Positions 36,588 to 44,799 of a DNA stretch of 55,119 nucleotides are shown here, in pieces. The DNA comes from an uncultured Caldilineales bacterium (GTDB lineage Bacteria > Chloroflexota > Anaerolineae > J102), in assembly GCA_964535455.1 (NCBI GenBank), contig CAZHTZ010000002.1:1-55119 (forward strand), read 5' to 3'. The notes under the pieces were generated by a model. The model saw only the letters and a list, made by a program, of their open reading frames with translations. It was not told the origin of the DNA and made no database searches. How positions within the stretch are numbered: the first letter of the stretch is position 1; every line of letters begins with the position of its first letter. The position numbers and the translations under genes are program-made.

Positions 36588-38858
36588 TCACCTGCTAGCC
36601 TTCCCTGTGGTTCGCTCCCAGAGATCCGAGTAGCGCCACCGGCAGCCGAACTTTACGCACTTCTGGCCTACTCCTATCCAGCATCTCGTGTGATAGGGAC
36701 GTTTGCACTTTGGACACAACACGTACTCATCTTGCTCCCCAAGTTCAACTCCGCAGCTCACACAGGGAAGAGAAAGGGCTGTGTGTTCGGAGCGGGCAGC
36801 TATCAGGGCATGGTGGCCCTCCAGTGTTGGCGGTTTTGCATTCCGTCTTTGATACTCAGTCTCCAGTCGCTTGACTACGGGCCAGACCGCATGGTTCTTG
36901 TACAGCGACGTCAGGATACTGAGCTCTTGCTTCGACAGATTCTCGATAGGGGTTTCCGAGACCACTAGCAATTCGGCGACCGCCTGCAAGTACTTTTGGC
37001 GATTGAGCATGCAATCGGGGACATACATGAACAAATCGACGAAGTACCTAAGTTGGGCAGATCGGGTCAAGCTCAAGAGCACCTCTTTCTCATCAACGCC
37101 AAACTGCTGACCCAGACTGAGCAGCTCGCGTGTTGTCTCGGACGCTTCAGACTGTTCCGAAATCGCCAGAAACATGGAAAGTACCTGCTCGACTGACTCA
37201 CGGCTCAGTGACGGGAGACCTGCCATCCCAACTGCAGAAGCCAATACTCGAATCAAGCGGGGAAGATGCGTGCTTGATGGCTTGCTTAGCAGGAGTTGAA
37301 CCAGGAGAACAACAAACCTCTCATAGCCGGGTCGAGAAGAACGTGACACCGCGACCAGTTCAGTTACGACATTACGCGTATCGTCTTGCTCAAGATATCT
37401 CACCGACTCGCTCAACTCAACCAGTGACGGATGCCGTTCGGACAACTCCCGCAGCGCGTCTGGATTGGGAATGCGACCCTGCCGGACCAGCCTGCTAACG
37501 ATTTCGTACAAGCTCTGTGGCTTGTTGGCATCACAAACTTGCAGGAACTGGTCTAGTTGAATCGTGCCAGAGACCAACCAGGTGTCGGCGCGAACCACAT
37601 GTTCATCGTGAGCGAAACGCATTGCTTCCAACAAGGGTAGGATGAAACCACTCCATAGTTCACGACGAGAAGCATCGTGGCGTCTCAAAAGGGCATCGCA
37701 TAGGTCCAGCACAAGATTGGGCTGTGTTCGCCAGTACTGCGGAAGCACATGCAAGGCAAGGTCCGCAGTCTGTTCGCTTCTCTGCAGTGCATCAGCCAAA
37801 TGGTCAATGTAATTGGTCAGTATCTGTTCTTCAGTTGCACGCTCACCCAACCACACGGCCACCTGTTCCACTATCGCTTGTCTGCTCGCCGGTTGATCCT
37901 CCCGACTCCAGAGTGCCCGTATTAGAAGGTCACAGTCAAGCTTGCCGAGGGAATTCGACAGTTTGGATACCAGGCCAATTGCAGATCTGTCCCACAAGGC
38001 AGCGGCAAGGTCATCCTTGAGTCTCCTCCACTGTGCACCGCTATGAACTGGAAGCTCAGACAAGACCTCGATAAGACGGGCCAATTCCGCTCTGTCAGAG
38101 CATGCTTCACACAGCATATAGATTTGGGAGGCATAGCCAGGAATCTGGTAGCCCGCAAAAGGCTCTGGCTGAAAGGCTATCTCATTCTGTCCAGACTCGG
38201 ACGCATGACAAAAGCACACTCGAAAGGGGTCTTCTTTCGTGGGAGTGACATTGGTTACAAAGCCGACCCTTGACCTCAGAGACTGCGGCACCAGCAGGTG
38301 AACCGCCCGAAGCACTGCTGCATCCTGGGCAACGTCTCCACTGGTTGCGACCGACACCATGCTGTCTTGGCCCACAAGCGAGTCCAGTATTCCGTATACT
38401 AGTGTCCTGTATGATTGCAGGGTAGCCCACAACAGCGTTGAATCATCTGATGTGTCAGTTCGGAACAGATCGGCTTCGGCCAGCTCATGTAGCGTTGCGT
38501 ACACTTGTCCGAGCGGCAAGCTCGCTGACCAGAATCTGGACCCATGATCGGAAAAGGCCTTCGAATCCCAGACCACATAGTATTCTTGAGTGAAGTCGCC
38601 TCCTCCGGATTGCGGCTGTGCGCTTGTCTCAAACTCCATGAAGAATACAGTGCTGTCATCCGCACTTAGGGCAAAGACCTGACCGGGCGCCCGATTAGTT
38701 GGCAGTCTCAATTGTGACATCACGCGATGTCGGAGCGTCTCGGCTTGCGGTGCGTCAATGCCACGACTATGAGCTACGATCGTGTATCCCACGGAGGGTG
38801 AGCCGATGAGTTGACCCCAAACAAACACAACAGGGGCTGGCACTTTTTCTGCGCTCAT
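36588..38858 (-). CDS. Hypothetical 756-aa protein: N-terminal alpha/beta region, long helical middle, C-terminal RING-like Zn finger
   Basis: The ORF has a weak SD (GGATGG), and its ATG lies 9 nt after the GTPase gene stop. The C-terminus is CVSCG...CPKCKRPYHTRCW...GQKCVKFGC. I recognise no named family with confidence. Confidence 0.7.
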   Translation of the reverse strand: MSAEKVPAPVVFVWGQLIGSPSVGYTIVAHSRGIDAPQAETLRHRVMSQLRLPTNRAPGQVFALSADDSTVFFMEFETSAQPQSGGGDFTQEYYVVWDSKAFSDHGSRFWSASLPLGQVYATLHELAEADLFRTDTSDDSTLLWATLQSYRTLVYGILDSLVGQDSMVSVATSGDVAQDAAVLRAVHLLVPQSLRSRVGFVTNVTPTKEDPFRVCFCHASESGQNEIAFQPEPFAGYQIPGYASQIYMLCEACSDRAELARLIEVLSELPVHSGAQWRRLKDDLAAALWDRSAIGLVSKLSNSLGKLDCDLLIRALWSREDQPASRQAIVEQVAVWLGERATEEQILTNYIDHLADALQRSEQTADLALHVLPQYWRTQPNLVLDLCDALLRRHDASRRELWSGFILPLLEAMRFAHDEHVVRADTWLVSGTIQLDQFLQVCDANKPQSLYEIVSRLVRQGRIPNPDALRELSERHPSLVELSESVRYLEQDDTRNVVTELVAVSRSSRPGYERFVVLLVQLLLSKPSSTHLPRLIRVLASAVGMAGLPSLSRESVEQVLSMFLAISEQSEASETTRELLSLGQQFGVDEKEVLLSLTRSAQLRYFVDLFMYVPDCMLNRQKYLQAVAELLVVSETPIENLSKQELSILTSLYKNHAVWPVVKRLETEYQRRNAKPPTLEGHHALIAARSEHTALSLPCVSCGVELGEQDEYVLCPKCKRPYHTRCWIGVGQKCVKFGCRWRYSDLWERTTGKASR

Positions 38859-38867
38859 GCGTCCATC

Positions 38868-39701
38868 CTATGTCACTTTGGAAAGCAGCCAGTTCAAGGG
38901 ATCAAATACACCGATAGGCACAATGTCTTTTGTAACCAGCTTCGCGTTGGGATCATCGGGACCGTTGGAAAGGAGATTGGATTTCGTGCGGCTCTTGTCG
39001 GTGAAACCCAACGCTGATGTAGAAAAGAACTCCACTCTGTCCAAGACGCAGAAGCTTTCGATGGTTCGCTCCACCTGCTTGCCCAGGAGGTTGAGCGCAT
39101 AGTCTTGCGGCTCGTTGAAGTGGGGAGAGTGTTCAGGGTGATCCATTTTGGTCAAGACAAACGCCATGTACTTGTCGATGCGCCCCTTGCCTTGGTTGTG
39201 CGTCTGAAAAATGCGACTCAGAGTCCTGAAGATCATCTGACGGTAGCTGCGCGCGTTCTCACCGGAACCGTATAGCGTGCCTGCCTGGATCGCGACAGGA
39301 TCCAAAAGCCACATGATGCCTTCGCAGCCACTGAGATACTCGATCATGCTGAAGAGTCCGTGCTCAGGATTGGCGTACATCTCACCAGAAGCATCGGGCA
39401 TTTCCAGGACGAACTCCTTCTGTCGCCATCCTCCCGGTTTCTGTAGAGCGAACCGATGTATAAAGGGCTTCACAACGGGCGTGCGCTCGGTGGGCTTTCC
39501 AAGTTCGAACAACTGCTTAGTGACGGCTTCCAGATAGTCAGATGTTTCCTTCACTGCTGGCAGGATGGTCCAACCGTAGCTATCACAGTACGAGTTGATC
39601 ATTGCCAAAAGGGTTGTCTTTCCACTCTGAGGTGGCCCCCAGATAGCGAGACTGAGAACAGGTTTTCGGTTTGAATTGCCGAAGAGGCTTGAGAGTGACA
39701 T
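38868..39701 (-). CDS. TRAFAC-class small GTPase-like P-loop protein
   Basis: GGAGGAG lies 5 nt before the ATG. G1 is GPPQSGKT (aa 22-29), G3 is LEMPDASGE, G4 is LTKMD (a TKxD variant) and G5 is FSTSA. Confidence 0.75.
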   Translation of the reverse strand: MSLSSLFGNSNRKPVLSLAIWGPPQSGKTTLLAMINSYCDSYGWTILPAVKETSDYLEAVTKQLFELGKPTERTPVVKPFIHRFALQKPGGWRQKEFVLEMPDASGEMYANPEHGLFSMIEYLSGCEGIMWLLDPVAIQAGTLYGSGENARSYRQMIFRTLSRIFQTHNQGKGRIDKYMAFVLTKMDHPEHSPHFNEPQDYALNLLGKQVERTIESFCVLDRVEFFSTSALGFTDKSRTKSNLLSNGPDDPNAKLVTKDIVPIGVFDPLNWLLSKVT

Positions 39702-39814
39702 GATTTCTCCTCCATTCAGTATCGTGACATTGGTTTGCGCATTGTCGACCCTTGGTGCGCTTTTGGCATCCTGGCATTGGGGCCCGGTTCTCTGACTTGC
39801 TGAGAGTCACCCGG

Positions 39815-40456
39815 TTATGGAAGCTTCTGCCGAAGAGTCTTGCGCTGCCTGGCTGAACCAGGGAGTTCAGATAGCGAGTACATCAGTGCAGAGACAATGA
39901 GCATCGCCAAGAGGAGCGCAATGTTCTCAAAAAGCGTGCGAGTGGAAAGAGGAACTCGCATGATGACGAATACAAAGACCAACAGCACCCCATGCCAGAT
40001 CGTACTTGCTCCCAATGGGACAGCGAACCAACCGTGATCGGTAGGTTTGCTGATGAAGCGCAGGATTCCAAAGGCAATCAGCTCAACCATCAGGATTGCC
40101 CAGAATCCTACGTAGACCGCTGGCGAATAGTCGCCCAGAGTAAGAATCAAGGCGACGCACGCATATGATATGGCAGCAAGAAACGCATACACGTAGGCAT
40201 AGAACCGCATGACCGCCCTTGAAGAGTCGAGTTTCATACCTCTTGCTCCCAGCAAAAGCAGGCCAATAGCTGCCACAAAGAGAGTGCCAAGGATAAGAAA
40301 CCGTTCCCAAAGCTGGGCGGTTTGGCCGACGAAGATCACTCCTGCCGCGAGCACGGCAAGTCCAATTGAGTCGGCCAGAAGACCGACAACTCCTGCAACG
40401 GAGAGAGGGCTGCCGAAAACGATCTCTCTCCTGTTGGGCTTCGCTTTGTCGTTCAT
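39815..40456 (-). CDS. Hypothetical polytopic membrane protein (about 6 predicted TM segments)
   Basis: AAGGAGGAG precedes the ATG. The 213 aa are almost entirely hydrophobic stretches, with short basic N- and C-terminal tails. Confidence 0.7.
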   Translation of the reverse strand: MNDKAKPNRREIVFGSPLSVAGVVGLLADSIGLAVLAAGVIFVGQTAQLWERFLILGTLFVAAIGLLLLGARGMKLDSSRAVMRFYAYVYAFLAAISYACVALILTLGDYSPAVYVGFWAILMVELIAFGILRFISKPTDHGWFAVPLGASTIWHGVLLVFVFVIMRVPLSTRTLFENIALLLAMLIVSALMYSLSELPGSARQRKTLRQKLP

Positions 40457-40532
40457 TTTGGCTCCTCCTTTTCATAGTCGCGTGGATGACCTTGTGTACA
40501 TCCAAACATAATACGTCGATACAGACGGACTC

Positions 40533-43500
40533 TCAGATCTCCCACCTCATTTGCTCCGCCGTCTCGCCTTTCTTCTTCCGCCCCCGACCTCCAGGCCGCC
40601 GGGCATCTTCCTCTTGCAGCACGACTTTCACCCCCAACGCCTCCTCACCCACGCCCGGAACACCGGCCTCCCCGCGGGCAAAGGCATCGCGGTACGGCTG
40701 GCAGTAACAGGTCGTCGTCAGGCTGATGCCACAAATGCCGGCGATGGCCTCGAACTCAGCCCGATCAGAGGGGGGCAGATCCTTGAGGTCCGGCAGCAGA
40801 TCGCGCAGGGCCGCGCGCAGGCCGCACTGCCGCCAGCGCACATCCCAACCAGAGCGTTGGGCACGGTCGAGTAAGTGGGCCTGGGCATCGGCGCGCTGCG
40901 CAGCATCCCAGCCGGCCCAGCCAAACCAGGGACCGCCCGACTCTGGCGCGTTGCCGTTCCCGCGCGACACATCAAACTCGGCATAATAGATGAAGCGCTC
41001 GCGCGGGATGTTCAGCTTGCCGCGCAGCCGCCAGGCAGTGGCGTCGGCGAAGTCCTCGCGAGAGTATTGGGGTACCGGCGGAGGGCGGTCGTCGTTCGTC
41101 CTTCGTCGTTCGACCAGCGCCGCGTAAAGCTTGCGCAGCCCCGATGCCTTCAGGTAGTGCTCCGGGCGGTTGGGGACGGCATTGGCCCGGATGACCTTGC
41201 GTAGTTCCTCCTCAATGTCGAAGGTGGGCGTGCCGGTCAGCACTTCCAGGGCCGCGTTGACACGTTCATCCTGCCCCATGGGGCGCGCCCACTCAGCCAG
41301 GCTGAGAGGCCGGCCCGCCTGCTCCAACGCCCATTCCAGCTTTTCGGCCAGCCACCAAGCCGCGGCCTCTCGGAACTCCTTGTCGTAGTCGGGCGGAACC
41401 CAGCGACGCTTGTAGAGCGGGTCTTCGAGCAAGGCGATGTCAGGGTTGCCATGGATAAGAGCGATGCGCGCGTCGGCCAGGGGGCGCAGATAGTCAGGCA
41501 GCGGCGCGGGCTGATAGTCGGGAGGCCAGTCGCCAGTATAGCCCTTGCCGGCCAGCTCGAAGGGGCGCTGGCCCAACTCCAGCCGGGCATCCTTGTACTG
41601 CAACGGCGACAGGTAGTCCTCGGCCAGCGGCGCCTTCTTGATCAGGCCGTACATCTCGTAGGCCAGCCAATCCATCTCCTCCTGTAGGAAGATCATGCGG
41701 CCGCGAATGTTATGGCGAAGGGCAGTCAACTGCTCCCGAGCCGTGCGTAGCTCGCGGGTGGTTGCGAATGGAGGCGGCAGCTTGGGATGCGGCGACACGT
41801 AGCCGTCAAGGGCGCGATTCCAGGCATGGTAGGCTTCACCGACGCGCTCAAACAGCTTGCTTGTGGAGAGAGCGGGCAGCTCACCAGAAAGTCCGGTCAC
41901 CTCACCAGCAAGCACGTTCAGATGGAGATGACCGGAGGACAAAGACCGCACGGGAAAAACGAAATCGAGAACATGTTTTGCGTCAAATACGTAGTTGTCC
42001 CTCACACGGTCATTACCGGGCTTCTTGTTGAAGCACTTGCGTTTCAGATAGAAGCAATGCAGGTTCGTGTTTAGCAGAGCAAGGAAGAGCTCGGCACTAT
42101 ACTCACCGTTCTGCTTGGGGATCACACGGATGACGGTATTCTTCGCAACTGCCTCGGCACTCACCGTACAGAAGTGGTTATGGGTAGTTATGATCGGATA
42201 TGCCAAGGTTGGAACCCCAGATCGTCTTGACCAGCTAATCATTGCATACTCGTACCAGTTCATACCTCTTTCCACGATGCTCTTTCCAAACCACTGCCTG
42301 CCCTCGAGATACGACTTGTATGGTAGCAAATAACGCAAAACGCTTTGGTATCGACGTATGTCGATTGGCTTGCGCTCCACATAAGGAAACAGCGAGTAGT
42401 GTCCGCGATCGAAACTCCAGTCACGAATATCCTCACCGATGACCATTTCTCGCAGCAGTTCTGTTGGCAGATGTAGTCTCCTCGCAGAGTCGGACGAGAG
42501 GGTGTAAAGGTTGTCAGCGATTATGACGATATCACATCCGACAAAACTGACCAGTTGTCCAACTGGTACGGATGCGGAGGAGAGGATTCGCTGGTAGCAC
42601 CGGTTCTCTTCCCCTCCAAACTGCCATGGATGAATGGCCATCTGATCGCGCGTACGCGAAGTGACGTCAACATACTCGTCGACGTAGCCAACGCCAGCTC
42701 TGAAACCACATAACACGCTTTGCCACACCTCCCCTTGCGCGGCGTCGGCCGGGGTCCTGGGCTCACCCTTCAGGTTGGATAGCACAAGCAACGCGTCCGT
42801 TGATGGTGGCCGATTGAGAGCATAGAGAATCAATGTTGGCGTACTGTGGTTAGGAACATGGGCGCCGCTCAGGTCGATCACTGCCTGTAGATCATACTTG
42901 GGTAGCACATCTTCTATCAGCTTGCTGCCGAACTGCCGACGGGCGAAAGCGTTGGAATTAATCAGCCCCACGCGTCCACCGTCCGTCGCGAGATTGAGAA
43001 AACGTTCGGTGAACGGTGCCGAAAGCCCAAACTTGCTATGGGCCGAAACGTATTGCGTACGGTACAGGTCGCGCTTCATTGCATCCTGCGCCACGATGTA
43101 GGGCGGGTTGCCAACCACCACGTGATAGCGTCGCCTCAACACCGGCAGGGCACGCTCGATAGCCTCAGGCTGGCCCAATGCACGCGCTGCCGCAGTACCG
43201 GCCTGCACCCCGCCTGCCAGCAGCTTCTCGTAGGGAATCAGGCTGTCAATGGTGACGATGTTGAAGCGCAGGTCGCGGAAGTCTCGCATCGACGCGGGGT
43301 GGGCGTAGTCACTGGCAGCCAGGACCAGTCGAAAGCGGGTCAGCGCAGTGGCGTAAGGATTTATGTCGCAGCCAAACAGGTGCTTCTCGATGATGGCGCG
43401 GGCGATCTGCGTGCGCTCGGCCGCAGTCATCTGCTCGCGCGTCTTACCGGCCGCGGACTCGTATCGAGCCACGAACATCCAGAACGCATCGACTTCGAAG

Positions 43501-44201
43501 TGGCCGCTGCCGCAGGTGGGATCCATGAGCGTCACCTCACGGAAGTCCATCTCCTCGAAGCGTTTGAGCAGCGTGTTCTCCAGGATGAACTGGGCGATAA
43601 AGTCGGGGGTTTGCAGCAGGGCGTAGCGCTCGCGAATCTCGGGGTCCAGTTCCTGGTACAAATCCCCAATGAAACGTGTCTGGAACCCGGCGTCGCCTCG
43701 AGCAGTGTCGGACCGAAAATCGAAACGCAGCCAGCCGGAGTGATCGGCGTCCTGCCGCCGCCAGACATCATCCAGGAAGCGCTGCACCAGGTCATCGGCC
43801 GGGAGTGCCAGGTCGTAGTCGTTCGGCTCGAACAGGTCGGGAAGCAGGTGGGCGGCATCCCAGAAACAGAACTGAACATACCTTGCCGCGCCCAGGTTGC
43901 GGGTCAACTGCTGCCACATGCGCTGGCCATCGACGCTGCGCAGACGGGTCGCACCCAGGAGGTCGCGGTCCTCCAGCACGCGCAAGAACAGGATCCGCAG
44001 GATGAACTGGATGGCGGCCTGCCGGCACCAACGATCGAGCCAGACGGTCAACGGTTCGTCGGTGCCTTCGCTGTTGTAGATGCGCTCCACACGGCGCGTC
44101 AGGCGCGGCGAAGCCTCGATGCGGTGGCGGATGCTTTCGGCCACCAGCATGCGCCAGCGTTGCAGGAGGAGGCGAAGTTCGAGGTAGCGATCGAGTTCCA
44201 T
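40533..44201 (-). CDS. pglX: PglX-type N6-adenine DNA methyltransferase (BREX)
   Basis: 1222 aa. The SAM-binding region is LMDPTCGSGHF and the catalytic motif is VVGNPPYIV. The size and position are typical of BREX PglX. Confidence 0.85.
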   Translation of the reverse strand: MELDRYLELRLLLQRWRMLVAESIRHRIEASPRLTRRVERIYNSEGTDEPLTVWLDRWCRQAAIQFILRILFLRVLEDRDLLGATRLRSVDGQRMWQQLTRNLGAARYVQFCFWDAAHLLPDLFEPNDYDLALPADDLVQRFLDDVWRRQDADHSGWLRFDFRSDTARGDAGFQTRFIGDLYQELDPEIRERYALLQTPDFIAQFILENTLLKRFEEMDFREVTLMDPTCGSGHFEVDAFWMFVARYESAAGKTREQMTAAERTQIARAIIEKHLFGCDINPYATALTRFRLVLAASDYAHPASMRDFRDLRFNIVTIDSLIPYEKLLAGGVQAGTAAARALGQPEAIERALPVLRRRYHVVVGNPPYIVAQDAMKRDLYRTQYVSAHSKFGLSAPFTERFLNLATDGGRVGLINSNAFARRQFGSKLIEDVLPKYDLQAVIDLSGAHVPNHSTPTLILYALNRPPSTDALLVLSNLKGEPRTPADAAQGEVWQSVLCGFRAGVGYVDEYVDVTSRTRDQMAIHPWQFGGEENRCYQRILSSASVPVGQLVSFVGCDIVIIADNLYTLSSDSARRLHLPTELLREMVIGEDIRDWSFDRGHYSLFPYVERKPIDIRRYQSVLRYLLPYKSYLEGRQWFGKSIVERGMNWYEYAMISWSRRSGVPTLAYPIITTHNHFCTVSAEAVAKNTVIRVIPKQNGEYSAELFLALLNTNLHCFYLKRKCFNKKPGNDRVRDNYVFDAKHVLDFVFPVRSLSSGHLHLNVLAGEVTGLSGELPALSTSKLFERVGEAYHAWNRALDGYVSPHPKLPPPFATTRELRTAREQLTALRHNIRGRMIFLQEEMDWLAYEMYGLIKKAPLAEDYLSPLQYKDARLELGQRPFELAGKGYTGDWPPDYQPAPLPDYLRPLADARIALIHGNPDIALLEDPLYKRRWVPPDYDKEFREAAAWWLAEKLEWALEQAGRPLSLAEWARPMGQDERVNAALEVLTGTPTFDIEEELRKVIRANAVPNRPEHYLKASGLRKLYAALVERRRTNDDRPPPVPQYSREDFADATAWRLRGKLNIPRERFIYYAEFDVSRGNGNAPESGGPWFGWAGWDAAQRADAQAHLLDRAQRSGWDVRWRQCGLRAALRDLLPDLKDLPPSDRAEFEAIAGICGISLTTTCYCQPYRDAFARGEAGVPGVGEEALGVKVVLQEEDARRPGGRGRKKKGETAEQMRWEI

Positions 44202-44203
44202 GG

Positions 44204-44755
44204 TTAGAGGAGCCGATCCTGGACCACTGGCGGCGGCCCCGGATGGTGCTCAGAAGGAGGCGGGACGACCTCGTAAGCCGGCGAACCAGCGCCGGTTTGA
44301 GGCAGCGTGCCATGGATCAGCAGCGTCTGCCCTTGCAGCCGGCCACCGGCGGCGATCACGCAGAGGCCGGCCTCGGTAGCGTCATAGAAAGCCGTGGCCA
44401 CGTCAATGCCGTAGCGTACCGCCAGGTTGACGTTGCCGACCACCAGCGGCTGCCGGCGATTGATACGGACGGTAACGCCACGCAGCCAGTTCTTGGCCAG
44501 GCGCTGCCCGATGGCGAGGGTTCCACGCCTCTCCAATGCCACATGCTCATTCCAGTCGTCTGCTTCCATCGCCGCAAGCAGCCCGCAATCGAAGTCCACG
44601 TAGTGAGCGCCGAGCGCTTGCGCCAGGGCGGGTGCATCGCGGTGCGCGCTCTCCAGGGGCAAGGCTACAAGCACCAGGTTGCGACCATTAAGCTGACCGG
44701 CGCGCTCACAGAGAAACTCGATCAATTGGGTCATTGTCACACGGCTCTCTGTCAC
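44204..44755 (-). CDS. Hypothetical protein, tightly coupled upstream of pglX
   Basis: GTG at 44755 with GAGGA 6 nt upstream (an alternative ATG is at 44734). Its stop lies 2 nt before the pglX ATG. No recognisable motif. Its position is analogous to brxB. Confidence 0.6.
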   Translation of the reverse strand: MTESRVTMTQLIEFLCERAGQLNGRNLVLVALPLESAHRDAPALAQALGAHYVDFDCGLLAAMEADDWNEHVALERRGTLAIGQRLAKNWLRGVTVRINRRQPLVVGNVNLAVRYGIDVATAFYDATEAGLCVIAAGGRLQGQTLLIHGTLPQTGAGSPAYEVVPPPSEHHPGPPPVVQDRLL

Positions 44756-44799
44756 GAGGCGTCCTCACACGGCAGTTGGCGTCAATTGGCTGTATCTAC

